From contig OZ024753.1 in the NCBI GenBank assembly GCA_964016885.1, forward strand, positions 40,734,001 through 40,798,000: DNA of 64,000 bases, given 5' to 3'. The notes below the pieces were generated by a model. That model saw only the letters and a list, made by a program, of their open reading frames with translations. It made no database searches and was not told the origin of the DNA. The stretch is from Eledone cirrhosa. Taxonomy: Eukaryota. The first letter of the stretch is position 1, and the number at the start of each line of letters is the position of its first letter. Below, piece by piece: positions 27,956-43,110 of this stretch. Made by a program: the position numbers and the translations under genes.

Positions 27956-28246
27956 ATGACTGGCGATCGTATCTGCTCAACATTACCAATTACATCAATT
28001 GTCAAGTCAAGAGTACTCAAACTATACGGTCATATAAACAGATTAACTCGTGGTGTGAGTAGATTATGCCTAGAAGGAAAGTTGGCTGGTGAGAGAAGCA
28101 GAGACCGGCAGCCAAAGCGATGGCTTGATAATGTTAACTTATGGACTGGACTTGATCTTTGCACTTTGAAATCTACTGCTGGTGATCGAACTTTGTGGAG
28201 AGAGAAATCTCATGTTGATGCGCAGACTTCAACTGGCGGAGTTTAG
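27956..28246 (+). mobile_element. RTE-clade LINE ORF C-terminal remnant
   Basis: LKLYGHINR..LEGKLAGERSRDRQPKRWLDNV..WTG..AGDRTLWR, the typical RTE/BovB-like C-terminus. Confidence 0.85.
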
Positions 28247-28376
28247 CGCCGCAAGTAGAAGTCATAGTAGAAAATAAGGGAAATACATGAGATTACGTTT
28301 CTTTAGATAGAGGTTATAGGGTTTGCCTTAATAACTCAGAGACTATTACACGGCCGTGGTCTAGCGGTTTCGCGTG

Positions 28377-28478
<102 letters not shown>

Positions 28479-28485
28479 GGAAGAA

Positions 28486-28656
28486 GAAAAGAGTCAGGAT
28501 CCCGACGGCTGAGCTCCGGCCGTTTCGAAGCTGTCAAAACGGCCGGAGCTCAGCCGCCGAGGTCCTGACTCTTTTCCTATTATCCACTCTACTATCCAGT
28601 ATTGAGTACTTTGGTGCGTTATGGTCCAGCTGGTTACTTACCACACTTCCTTCGTT
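28486..28656 (+). mobile_element. Family B fold-back cassette (short arm -, long arm +)
   Basis: gaaaagagtcaggatcccgacggctgagctccggccgttt / aaacggccggagctcagccg..ctgactcttttcctatt..cttcgtt. Confidence 0.85.
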
Positions 28657-28662
28657 ATATAT

Positions 28663-28813
28663 AGTAATAATAATAAATGTGAAGACTAAATCCAAAGAGG
28701 GCTCGATAAGGATAAATATATATAAAATACATAAGAACCATGAGTTACAGAAGATCCTGTTAAGGGTGAAAGCAGCGATTCTTTGCTTAAACTTTAATCT
28801 GTTATTTTAATAA

Positions 28814-28816
<3 letters not shown>
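28663..28816 (+). repeat. Family C cassette, longest copy
   Basis: Joins the segments found separately at 12818-12877 and 204-276; an internally deleted copy lies at 61985-62046. Confidence 0.8.
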
Positions 28817-28896
<80 letters not shown>

Positions 28897-29211
28897 TATA
28901 TCATCACCACAGTTTCAGATGTGGAAGTTGAAATTCTGTGCTGGTGTCACTGGAGTTTCGTAGAGGGTCAATAACTATGCGAAAACATGGAGTCTACGTG
29001 CTACGTGTTAGATGTCGGAGTGTGTTTTGCAAGTTTATTAACATGTAATACATTATTAAAAGGACCACCCGTGTTGTAAAACAACACACTCCAATGGAAA
29101 ATATTAAGATATATTAACGGAAAAGAGGAAAACATTAAGCTGTCAAAGGAAAATAAGAAAAGAAAAACAATATCAAATTGTTGAAGTTTACAAAATGAAT
29201 CAATAAATAAA

Positions 29212-29296
<85 letters not shown>

Positions 29297-29464
29297 CAAC
29301 AACGACAGCAACAACAACAATGATAACTCTTATAAGAAAGTAAACAACAAACATAAATGGATATTTGAAATGCAGTTATATTATGAAAGGCGTACATATG
29401 TTGTCCAGATGCAGATAAAATGGTTCTTATTTTATATATATATATGTGTATGTGTGTATGTATG

Positions 29465-29564
<100 letters not shown>

Positions 29565-29928
29565 AGTGTGCTGGTATACATTAAAGACACTTAGACTCAC
29601 ATACACGCACACACGCACATAGAAACAGACACAGACCCACATGCACACATACCTATATATATATATATGTGTGTGTATGTGTGTATATATATGTGTGTGT
29701 GTATGTGCACATATATATATGTATATATATGCGTGTGTGTGTGTGGAGAAAGAGAGAGAGTGAATGGTAGAGAGAGAAAGAAAGAGAAATATAACCGAAA
29801 AAGATTATATTCGTGTACTTGTGTGTGTGGTGTGTGTGTATGTGTGTGTATGTGTGTGTGTTTGTGTGTGTGTATTCACATCTGGAATAACCTTTCCTGT
29901 ATACACGCAAGATATATATATATATATA

Positions 29929-29974
<46 letters not shown>

Positions 29975-30030
29975 CACATACACACACACACATATACATA
30001 TACACACACACATATATATATATAGGTATT

Positions 30031-30101
<71 letters not shown>

Positions 30102-30642
30102 GTTTGTATGTATGTATGTGCTTGTGAGTGTATGTGTGTGTGTATGTCTGTGCGTGTGTATGTGTGTGTATGTGTGTTAGCTGCGTTCATGCTGATATTA
30201 AGCATATATGTTTATATGTAATTTATAAGTATGTAAAATGGAGAAGATACTTTAAAATAGTTTGATAGTCTGGATTACGACGATGATGATGATGATGATG
30301 ATGATGATGATAGCGGTGATGATGTTGATGATGATAATTATAGTGATGGTCGTGTTGATGATGATAAGGTTTATGTTGGTGGCAGTAATGACGTGGATGA
30401 TAATGATGATAATGATGATGATGATGATGATGGTGATGGTGCTGGTTGTGGTGGTGGTGATGATGATAAAGATGATGATAAGTGGTGTAGGGGGAGGTGG
30501 AGAGGAGGGACATGGTAATAATAATGATCGTCATCATAATGTTTGTTATATATAACCTCTGAACAACTACTAGGAAATACTTACTCCAATAATATGCTAA
30601 TTAGTACAATCATTCCAGGATATAATTATAAGTGATAAGGTA

Positions 30643-30722
30643 TATAAGTAAATATTGGGAGCGTAGTGTCGTCTTTATGTTTAACATTTAAAGTCGACAC
30701 TCCGCTCCCAATATTTACTTAT
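30643..30722. repeat. Imperfect inverted repeat
   Basis: ataagtaaatattgggagcg..agtgtcg / cgacact..cgctcccaatatttacttat. Confidence 0.85.
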
Positions 30723-30770
30723 CGACTTTATATGTTATAGTTTCGTCTTTTTATGTTTAGAGTTATTATT

Positions 30771-30959
30771 AATTGTTTCTACTTTTGGCACAAGGCCAGC
30801 AATTATCCTAGTGTATTACAGGTACTTTATTTTATCGACCCCGTAAGGATGAAAGGCAAAGTTAACCTCGGCGGTATTTGAACTCAGATCATAAAGGGCT
30901 GTAACTCTGTGCTGCAAACATGGCGTGCGACCCTTTACCGATACTGGCAATCCACCGCC
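30771..30959 (-). mobile_element. Full-length SINE with TSD
   Basis: tagag(t/c)tattattaat occurs on both sides. Confidence 0.92.
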
Positions 30960-31449
30960 GTAGAGCTATTATTAATAGTAGTTTATATGGATTAGATATA
31001 GCGAATGCCGCGGTAGTTCAATGCTATTGGATGTGCAGAAGATAAAACCAAGGTTAAATAATGAAAAAAAAAAAAATTATGAATAAATATAGAAGTTATA
31101 CATTTTGAAAGAAAAGAACGAACTAAATAGAAAGACAAATAAAAGGGTAAAGACAGAGAGCCAAATGTGTGGTATAAGGAAATATAATACCATATATGGT
31201 ATCATTTTAATGATGAATTCATGGTGTGAATGAATGTATGTCTTACACGATATTGTCTCAATGCTGTTATTAAGGTCAAGGTCTTTATGTTATTATTCTA
31301 AAATCTAAAACTTTTGAGACTGGACTGACTGCAGCTCTATAGCGGAAATATAATTGTGATACAAGCAGACTTATATTAAATTTTGTGTATTTTTGTTAGG
31401 GCTACAAGAAAATATTTATTATCTATAGATTTTAAAGTAACCTAAAGAA

Positions 31450-31480
<31 letters not shown>

Positions 31481-31481
31481 T

Positions 31482-31651
<170 letters not shown>

Positions 31652-31654
31652 TAT

Positions 31655-31777
31655 AACGAAGGAAATGTGGTAAGGAACCAGATGGACCATAACGCACCAG
31701 AGTACTCAATACTTAGGGTAGTAGAGTGGGTAATAGGAAAAAGTATGACTCCGACGGCAGAGCTCAAGCCGTTTCGA
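31655..31777 (-). mobile_element. Family B long arm, abutting a SINE
   Basis: aacgaaggaaatgtggtaaggaacc..gagctcaagccgtttcga. Confidence 0.88.
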
Positions 31778-31781
31778 TTAT

Positions 31782-31970
31782 TAATTGTTTCTACTTTTGT
31801 CACAAGGCCAGCAATTATCCCAGTGTATTACTGGTACTTTATTTTATCGACCTCGTAAGGATGAAAGGCAAAGTTAAACTCGCCGGGATTTGAACTTAGA
31901 CCATAAAGGGCCGTAACTCTTTGCTGCAAAGCATGGCGTCCGACGCTCTACCGACACAGCCAATCCACCA
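31782..31970 (-). mobile_element. Full-length SINE
   Basis: aattgtttctacttttg through gccaatccacca. Confidence 0.9.
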
Positions 31971-32236
31971 ATAATGTCATAATGTCACGAGGGAGATAAA
32001 ATGAAAAGGTTTCTATCATTGGATTATTACTGAACTGCGGTGACTTTTGCAACCATTCTTTGAAGGTAATCGTCAGTCATTGACTTTCTCTCTAGTTGAT
32101 GTATCAGAAGACACTCAGCATGGAAGATACTAATTGGATGCTGCATTTTATATATATGTATATATATATATATATATATTGGTAATATATCCGTTTACCA
32201 ATATATAATAACTTGTGTGTTACACCACTATTCTTT

Positions 32237-32267
<31 letters not shown>

Positions 32268-32324
32268 TGGTAATATATCCGTTTACTAATATATAATAAC
32301 TTGTGTGTTACACCTCTATTCTTT

Positions 32325-32401
<77 letters not shown>

Positions 32402-32460
32402 AGTATATCTACCAACATATGTATACAGATGTATACTCATGCTAGCAAATATATATGTTC

Positions 32461-32586
<126 letters not shown>

Positions 32587-32601
32587 GTGCGTGCGTATGT
32601 G

Positions 32602-32643
<42 letters not shown>

Positions 32644-33153
32644 ACTCAGCCTGTAATTTCCGGCTTCTCTCTAAGCAGCTGCTACTGGAAAACGCAGTCT
32701 TCAGCACCATGTTACAATATTGCTCTCTCTCCAGCTGGGCCACTCGTTCTTCGTATGATAGGCCGTATTAGTTTTGCTCAAAATATATCACGATATTTTC
32801 ATCCGTCATCCATAAAACACCAATACGAATTTTATATTTATGCATTGCAAGCTATTTGTATCTATCTGCGTGAACAGAATAAAAAACAAATTCAGGATGA
32901 ATTATAGTACATATTTCAAATTTCAGTCTAGCGTTCTTGAGAACTTAGAAAATTTTAGCGTATAACGTTTCGGGCTATGCGCTTCTTCGGAAGATTGTAA
33001 AAGAATAAGGAAGTGATATGTATGACCAAGTAATATATTGATGAACGAGGAAGTGAAAAGAAAAAGGCATGATGTCTGGTCGGAGGACTGAAGTAGTTGG
33101 CAAGCTAAGTATTACTCTGCAACAGAAGAGAGCATGGTAGACTGATACCAACA

Positions 33154-33209
<56 letters not shown>

Positions 33210-34020
33210 AATTTGTGGCTGTGTGTGTGTGTGTGAATGTATCTGTGTGTATGTAAGTGTATATGTGTGTGTGTGTGTGTGAATGTCTCTGTGTGTATGT
33301 AAGTGTGTGTGTAGGTGTGTGTACCATTCTCTGTCAGATAATTTTCACGTTTCTTTACTTCGCCCAGTAACATGCATTATGCATTAATATCCGATATTTT
33401 AGGCGAGACGTTAAATTACAACTAAGAGCTGCGAATCTAATTAGTTTGAACACGAAACCTCGTTGCATGACGTGACTTCGTAACGTGTGATGTGAGTGTT
33501 CGGCGGGAAAATATAATGCTGATATCAATGTACAACAATGCAAAGCATGACATGACTCTGTGTGTAAATCCATGATGAATGGTGCAGTCCCAAGTCAGCG
33601 ATTAATTTCATGTCTGGAATTACAGCTATACGACCACATGCTAAAACTATTATTTCATGGGTCCACGGCATGAATCTCAAGTCAGGTAAATTACACGGTG
33701 TGATGAGAGGAGAACGGATGCTGTATGTTCACTGCCGTTATTGATGACAGCATTGATGATGTGATCATCATCATCATCATCAACATCATCGTGGTTATCG
33801 TCATCATCATAGTCATCATTAACATCATCATCGTTAACATCATCATCGCCAACAATTGTGGGAGGAGAGGAAGTTCGTCTCTTTTCTGTACACTTCAGAG
33901 ACAATCCTATCAAATCTTTATATCTCATTATACCTGCTATTTTTAACATTATCCGCCTTTCACTACATATCTCACACTGATTCGTATTAACTCCATTATT
34001 CTAGATTAATACAAATAATA

Positions 34021-34165
34021 ATTGTTTCTACCTTAGGCACAAGGCCATCAATTTGAAGGGGAGAGGAAAGTAGTTTAAATCGACCCCAGTGCATTACTGG
34101 TGCTTTATTTTATCGAGCCCGTAAGGTTGAAAGGCAAAGCTAACCTGGCGGGATTTGAACTCAGT
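34021..34165 (-). mobile_element. SINE (variant tail), 5'-truncated
   Basis: attgtttctaccttaggcacaaggcc..cgaccccagtgcattactgg..gggatttgaactcag. Confidence 0.85.
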
Positions 34166-34189
34166 TATTGCAATCAACTATATACCCTA

Positions 34190-34254
34190 TACATCCTCGT
34201 TTTGTTTCTCATCTATCTAGAGTCTAGATAGATGAGAAACAAAACGAGGATGTA
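34190..34254. repeat. Perfect palindrome (32-bp arms, 1-nt loop)
   Basis: Axis at g34222 (tctaga-g-tctaga). Confidence 0.92.
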
Positions 34255-35049
34255 GTTTGTAGAGCACCCAAGTGATTTAGAAGTCGACCTTAAGTAGGAG
34301 CAATAACATTAAGAAAGACATGAACGACACCGCATCATTTTGTATTGAAAACTTTGAAAGTAGGGTTATAAATATGAATTTTCATAAGCTTTTCGTAGTT
34401 GTTTCGGTGGCCTTGCGGTAGGTACAAGAGACGTTGAAGATCGTAGTCGTGGGTTCAATCCAGATCAAGATGTGCATTTTCATTTTTTTTATTTTACATC
34501 CCATAGAAAAAAATTAAATAGGTTTAAATAATTTAACCGTAGCCCCGACAAGGATCGAACTTTAGACCAGGAACCCCACAGTCTATGATTCCTTCAACTA
34601 GGCCACCGAGACAGCTACAAAAGTATAAAGAAAATTGATAATTATAAACCTACTTTCAAAATCAAAGCAACAACAACAACAACAACAACAACAGGAAGTA
34701 GGTTTATATGTATAAGTAAGTGCTCAGAATGCAAAGTTCTCTGAGTTCAAATCCCGACGAGGTTAGCTTTGGCTTTCATCCTTATGTGGTCGATAAATAA
34801 AGTAACAGTACTAGACTGGGGTTAATTAATGTTAATTATTGTAATCTGTACTAACAACCCACCAGGTAACACAAGAAAACTTAAAATAATTGTATACTGT
34901 TATATATATATATGTATTAATTAGCCCCATACTGGTATATTTCCTTCTCGTACATTTACAAAGATCATATTAAGACAAAGTAGTGAGGTTATAACACACA
35001 CTCACACATAGACATAATACATACATACATACATACATACATACATACA

Positions 35050-35085
<36 letters not shown>

Positions 35086-35271
35086 TATATATGTATGTAT
35101 AAGTTTAAGTATTGCATTTTCTTATTCTCTTCGCACTATATATATATGTGTGTGTGTGTGAGTGCAAATACATAAATATATATATATAGTTGTGCGTACA
35201 TACATACATATAAACATACATATATATATACGTGTATATATATATACCCGAGAATCTATGTTTCTCTGTCT

Positions 35272-35317
<46 letters not shown>

Positions 35318-35544
35318 AGACAGAGAATCATAGATTCTCGGGTGTAACTCTGAACATGATATAAAGAGGTAACAAACACATGCGTCCCGCTGGTTCGTTT
35401 CCCTCAAGAATAACAATCAAGAATTTAGAGCAATATTTTGAAAGATAATTCTTCGTTAGTTTTAATGCTGAATAAATCTGTTGGCTTTATATATAATTAG
35501 AAACAATAACAATGTAGTATGTATATTTTTCTACACGATGCACA

Positions 35545-35629
<85 letters not shown>

Positions 35630-36069
35630 ATATATGAATGTTCAGCTTGGTAATGACAAATTATGAAAGAGGTGGTGGTCGTGGTGGTGGTGTTGGTCGT
35701 GAGGGAGGGTGATGATATTAATTGCGTTTTTCTTGCTCTTGTTGCTTATATTTAACCCCAGGGTATTCTTGGTCGAGCACACCCATCATCAGAGATATTC
35801 TAGCTGTGTTTAAGCCATCAGATTCTCTATAATCAGGACACCCAGCACCAGTGTGCACATAAATGGCCTGTAAGATATTATTTGTCAGTGATTTGGTTGC
35901 TATTTTCGGCGGTTTGAACGACAGCTTTAATCTCAATTCCTGGCAAGAAATAGCAGCCAAGTCACATTCACTTATTTCTTCAAACATTTAATATCTTAAA
36001 AGTATACACAGACGTTGAAGTAACTAAGACTAGTTTATTCCACTAAAATGGCATGACCCTAATTATATA

Positions 36070-38362
36070 AATACATACATATATACGTATACACATGCAT
36101 ACATATATACTCATATATATGTATATATATATAAACATACATACATATATACGTATACACAGGCATACATATATACTCATATATATGTATATATATATAA
36201 ACATACATACATATATACGTATACACAGGCATACATATATACTCATATATATGTATATATATATAAACATAGATACATATATACGTATACACATGTATAC
36301 ATATATACTCATATATATGTATATATATATATAAACATACATACATATATACGTATACACATGCATACATATATACTCATATATATGTATATATATATAT
36401 ATAAACATACATACATATATACGTATACACAGGCATACATATATACTCATATATATGTATATATATATATATAAACATACATACATATATACGTATACAC
36501 AGACATACGTATATACTCATATATATGTATATATATATAAACATACATACATATATACGTATACACATGCATACATATATACTCATATATATGATATATA
36601 TATAAACATACATACATATATACGTATACACAGGCATACATATATACTCATATATATGTATATATATAAACATACATACATATATACGTATACACATGCA
36701 TACATATATACTCATATATATGTATATTATATATATAAACATACATATATACATACGTATACACATGCATACATATATACTCATATATATGTATATATAT
36801 ATATAAACATACATACATATATACGTATACACAGGCATACATATATACTCATATATATGTATATATATATAAACATACATACATATATACGTATACACAT
36901 GCATACATATATACTCATATATATGTATATATATATAAACATACATACATATATACGTATACACATGCATACATATATACTCATATATATGTATATATAT
37001 ATAAACATACATACATATATACGTATACACAGGCATACATATATACTCATATATATGTATATATATATAAACATACATACATATATACGTATACACAGAC
37101 ATACATATATACTCATATATATGTATATATATATAAACATACATACATATATACGTATACACAGGCATACATATATACTCATATATATGTATATATATAT
37201 AAACATACATACATATATACGTATACACATGCATACATATATACTCATATATATGTATATTATATATATAAACATACATATATACATACGTATACACATG
37301 CATACATATATACTCATATATATGTATATATATATAAACATACATACATATATACGTATACACATGCATACATATATACTCATATATATGTATATATATA
37401 TAAACATACATACATATATACGTATACACATGCATACATATATACTCATATATATGTATATATATATAAACATACATACATATATACGTATACACAGGCA
37501 TACATATATACTCATATATATGTATATATATATAAACATACATACATATATACGTATACACAGGCATACATATATACTCATATATATGTATATATATATA
37601 TAAACATACATACATATATACGTATACACAGGCATACATATATACTCATATATATGTATATATATATAAACATACATACATATATACGTATACACATGCA
37701 TACATATATACTCATATATATGTATATATATATAAACATACATACATATATACGTATACACATGCATACATATATACTCATATATATGTATATATATATA
37801 AACATACATACATATATACGTATACACAGGCATACATATATACTCATATATATGTATATATATATATAAACATACATACATATATACGTATACACAGGCA
37901 TACATATATACTCATATATATGTATATATATATAAACATACATACATATATACGTATACACATGCATACATATATACTCATATATATGTATATTATATAT
38001 ATAAACATACATATATACATACGTATACACAGGCATACATATATACTCATATATATGTATATATATATAAACATACATACATATATACGTATACACAGGC
38101 ATACATATATACTCATATATATGTATATATATATATATAAACATACATACATATATACGTATACACAGGCATACATATATACTCATATATATGTATATAT
38201 ATATATAAACATACATACATATATACGTATACACATGCATACATATATACTCATATATATGTATATATATATATAAACATACATACATATATACGTATAC
38301 ACATGCATACATATATACTCATATATATGTATATTATATATATAAACATACATATATACATA
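36070..38362 (+). repeat. Minisatellite of about 66 bp built from TA/CATA motifs
   Basis: Unit aaacatacatacatatatacgtatacac(at/ag)gcatacatatatactcatatatatg(ta)n; a 22-aa period in the ORF track. Confidence 0.95.
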
Positions 38363-38503
38363 CATTTCTATATATATACTGAAGTAAAAGTTAAGTGAAA
38401 TATCCAAGAGTAAGAGCACTCAGTCCATAGTACGAGTTTAGTATAAATAATTACAACAGTGACATAAACAGCTACTCAAGTTTTATTGGGTTCTGGGAAG
38501 TTG

Positions 38504-38553
38504 ACAGGCTGAATGGTTTGGGACCCAGAACCCAACGAAACTTGAGTACCTGT
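38504..38553 (+). ncRNA. Degenerate hammerhead-like motif within inverted repeat 38448-38573
   Basis: acagg-CTGAATG-gtttggg/cccaac-GAAA-cttgag-TA-cctgt; stem I is perfect but the core deviates from CUGANGA. Confidence 0.5.
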
Positions 38554-38588
38554 TTATGTCACTGTTATAATTATTTATATATATATAC

Positions 38589-38639
<51 letters not shown>

Positions 38640-38641
<2 letters not shown>

Positions 38642-38823
38642 TACGTTATTCCGGGTTGAATCGGAGGTAACCACAGTAAGTAAGGTACTCAATACATTGC
38701 AGAGTATAAAAGTTTTAATATAGATGAGATTCTACAAGACTAGAACTGTTTCATTCTTTAGAAATCATCAGGATTCTTGATGATTTCTAAAGAATGAAAC
38801 AGTTCTCGTCCTGTAGAATCTCA

Positions 38824-38830
<7 letters not shown>
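38640..38830 (-). mobile_element. TA-flanked fold-back cassette (palindrome 38718-38830) with a hammerhead-like core
   Basis: The - strand reads CTGATGA-tttctaaagaat-GAAA-cagttctagtc and shares gtattgagtac with family B; a related fragment lies at 47519-47578. Confidence 0.7.
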
Positions 38831-38882
<52 letters not shown>

Positions 38883-38885
<3 letters not shown>

Positions 38886-39083
38886 AAAAGGTATGACCCC
38901 GAAGGCAGAGCTCAAGCCGTTTCGACCGCTATTTCTGGACTCAGAAAGTCCAGAAATAGCCGTCGAAACGGCTTGAGCTCTGCCGTCGGGGTCATACTTT
39001 TTCCTATTTACCACTCTACTACCCTAAGTATTGAGTACTCTGGTGCGTTATGGTCCATCTGGTTCCTTACCACAATTCCTTTG

Positions 39084-39085
<2 letters not shown>
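38883..39085 (+). mobile_element. Family B fold-back cassette
   Basis: Short inverted arm 38883-38941, loop, then a long arm ending ccttt gtt into (TA)n. Confidence 0.9.
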
Positions 39086-39134
<49 letters not shown>

Positions 39135-39382
39135 TGTATATATATATACACACACACACATATATATATATATGGTTCGTCAGAATTATTGAGCGCTTGC
39201 CACACATCTCGGAATTCGCTAATTCCAAAGCCGAAATACGATTCTCGGTAATTTATATTTGTATATATATATATATATATATATATATGCAAAATTTTTA
39301 TTTAAAATTGTTGGGTTACAACAAGTAAATATTTTATAACTGATATAAAGCACTCGACAAGTTTTAATGGTCGCTTATATTT

Positions 39383-39528
39383 ATGGTACGTCAAAATTAT
39401 TTATAAAACAGTTTATATATTGTATTTTATCTCACGAAGGCATGCCATATTTTTAATATGGTATCCCTGAAATATGTATAATGAAATAAATATGGTTTTA
39501 TAAATATAGTTTCCATTTGTTTAATATC

Positions 39529-39530
<2 letters not shown>
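39383..39530 (+). mobile_element. Family A cassette (core mutated to CTCACGA)
   Basis: Aligns to 18227-18372. Confidence 0.8.
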
Positions 39531-39580
<50 letters not shown>

Positions 39581-39735
39581 ACACACACTCACGCATATAC
39601 TCAGTTTGTTTAACTAAATTCCAATCAGAAAACATTGGTCAACCCAAACTACCACAGAAGCGCATGCCCAAGTTACAAATCGATCGGATCGAATTTGAAG
39701 ACATTATGAATATCATTGCAAAAAGAAGAAGAAGA

Positions 39736-39843
39736 ACAACAACAACAATAACTACTACTACTACTACTACCACTACCACTACCACCACCACTATTGCTAC
39801 TACTACTACTACTATTACTACCACCACCACCACTACCACTACC

Positions 39844-39874
<31 letters not shown>

Positions 39875-39975
39875 TCACTACCACTACCACTACCACTACT
39901 ACTACTACCACCACCACTACCACTACTACTACAACTACTACTACTACTACCACTACTACTACTGCTGCTGCTGCT
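39736..39975. repeat. (ACT/ACC)n microsatellite
   Basis: Directly visible. Confidence 0.9.
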
Positions 39976-41975
39976 TTTCTGAACAAAGTATTAATTTTCT
40001 ATCCAACTTTATTCACATTATATATTATTTTATTTTCCTCTTTATTTTCTATTCTTGAGTTGACAGTTTAACATAAAAATGTTAATTTTTGTTACCCCAT
40101 CGTCTACACCATCACCTCGATACCCTTCATAGATAAATAAATAAATGTTTTTGCTTAGGGGCAAACCGTTTTGCAAGACAACTATTTTTCCTCTTCGTGA
40201 CTTTCCTTCTGCACAAACGAGACGTGATGACGCTATCAGTTTCTCAAAGACCCCATGGTGTGGCTCTAATCACATTCTAAAGAGTAAAAAAAATATATAT
40301 TTAAAAATACTTCTTTGTCAGAATGACTGCAATATTTTCTTTTTCTCTTTTGCTTTCCCTTTCTATATCTCTATCAATGAAATATATTTCTTTGTGTTTT
40401 TTCTTAGGTGTCTCTTATACCTTCTCATCTTTCTTATTCTTTCTTTTGGTTCTTTCTTTGCTTATAAGTTTCTTTCGTTTTTCGTCCTATCTTTCGTTCA
40501 TTCTTTCTTTACGATTTATTTATTTCGTGCAACTAAAATCTGACACATTCATTCCAAACTGTGCACCATTGAAGTTTAATACCTCGCATTCCATGCTATT
40601 GACTTGTTTGAGTGATGAAATTCTTTACAACTTATTCTAATATTCATATCTTTTGACTACACTAAACCACACAAACACAATGTCACATCATAGTGGTAAT
40701 AGCGAATAATAGAGAGAGAAAAAATTGTGTTCAATATCACATTTCTTTTACACCGCTCAAGAGTATTAAGGAGGTAAGTTATTAAGTGGATTTCGATGTA
40801 AATCTCAACTTTCTCGCGTGATTTCCTGGATACTCTTCCACTTGCAATCCATTCTTGTTATTCTTAAGTCACAGGGAGAATATTTCTAAAGGCCAGTTGG
40901 ATTGTCAACAATATTTTCACCATATTTACAACATATCATTCAAATATAGATTCCTATTTTAAATCAACACAAGGCCTGCAATTTGGGAGAAAGGAATAAG
41001 TTGATTTTATCTAACCCAGTGCTTGACTGGCACCTTATTTTAGCGACCCTGAAAATGATGCAGTCAAAACATAAACCAAATTCATACATGCAACTATATT
41101 ATGCATCAATGCATACATGCACACACATATACATACATACATACATACATACATACATACATACATACATACATACATACATACATACATGCATGCATAC
41201 ATACATACATACATACATACATACATACATACATACATACATACATACATACATACATACTTACATACATGTGTGTGTGTGAGAGTGTCTGTATGTATCT
41301 ATGTATGTATGTACATACATACATATATATATTTATATATATGTGTGTGCGTGAGAGAGAGTAGAGTGTCTGTATGTATGTGTGTCTATGTCTGTGTCTT
41401 TGTCTTTCTGTCTGTGTACGCGTGTATGCGTGTGTGTTGTGTGTGTGTGCGTGTGTGTGTGTGAAATTCTTTCAGGTTATTCTAACCAGATTGCAAGCCA
41501 ATAATCCTTATCCCTTGGAATATCACTTTGTCAATTATAGGTGACTATTCAAAGAACAACAATATCAACAGCTACCATTCCATTCCAACCTCACCAATAC
41601 AATCATATCCATGAGATATCGAAGACATGGTTTCTATTCAAATCACGTTAATTGGTGTTTCCATTGAAATTACAATGTATCCTTTGGGTATAAGAAAAAG
41701 CCTGACAAAATACTGCTCATGGCTACAGGAAGTGATTAAAGAACCATTAGGAAGTAATTTGTCCAAATTTGAGCCATTTCACACTTCAGAAGCTTCAGCA
41801 TGTTCTGATCTGAGTAACCAATTCTGCAAATAGCAATTCTTATTTCAAATCCTCTAATAGCAATCGATTTTCAAAATACATCACAAACCAGCTAAATCTA
41901 ATCATAGAAATGACAACATTCCATGCAATACGCCCGTCTCCATCGTATACATCAATCAACACAAACACTTATCCC

Positions 41976-42017
<42 letters not shown>

Positions 42018-42675
42018 CGAAACAAATGTCTGCCGAATAAATACGAATTAAGAAGTATTTAAGCCTTTAATTGGAAGAGAATTCTTCTAGATTGTTGAAA
42101 CAGATTTACTTAACTCAATGTTTCTTTTATTTCTCGCGAGAAAACACGAAGTGCATCCAATCTTGCGTTTAAACATTTCAACGATATTGCAAGAAAGTAG
42201 ATGTAAATATCTCTTAACTTATTATGCTTGTATAATAATTCTTGTTGTATACATCTAAGCAATTTCAATAACTCGTAATTAACAAATTTATAAGATAAAC
42301 TCAAAATGTTGAGTGTGTGAATGACTTGATCAATTTTAACCAGAAAATCCCACCTCATTCTGTATATCAGAAAATGAAATTTAAAAATACCACTTTTTAG
42401 AAAAAAATCTGAAATCATTTTGGTTTTAGATCTGAAATAAAAGTAAAGATTCTATCTATTATTCATCATGCTTCAATATAACCAGACAGAAATACTATAC
42501 CATATCAACAGTAAATCATACATTATGAACTCTGAAGATTTCATTGAAGATATTGAATATATAGCTAAATATATTAATAACGTGTGTATGTTTGATTGTG
42601 TATGAGTGTGTACGTATGCGTGCATATGTATCTATGAATATGTGTGTATGTGAACGTATGTGCGCGTCTGTGTGA

Positions 42676-42726
<51 letters not shown>

Positions 42727-42886
42727 GAGAAATTAATGTGAGCAAGAAGCCAACAGTATTTTATAATATATAAGTGACAATAACGTCAAAATGGAAAATA
42801 TTTAACATAGGTTATGGGAAATATATATATATATATATATTATATATGGAAAGTTATATTTAAATTGTTGGGTTACAACGTGTAAA

Positions 42887-43010
<124 letters not shown>

Positions 43011-43012
43011 TA

Positions 43013-43107
<95 letters not shown>

Positions 43108-43110
43108 TAA

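Noticed and set aside
27956-28246. 96-aa ORF as a host gene
   Set aside because: It is an RTE LINE C-terminal remnant.
35750-35875. Apparent exon with splice-like borders
   Set aside because: Its left part matches the reverse tail of the dispersed repeat ending ggggctaaacaac, and all three + frames contain stops.
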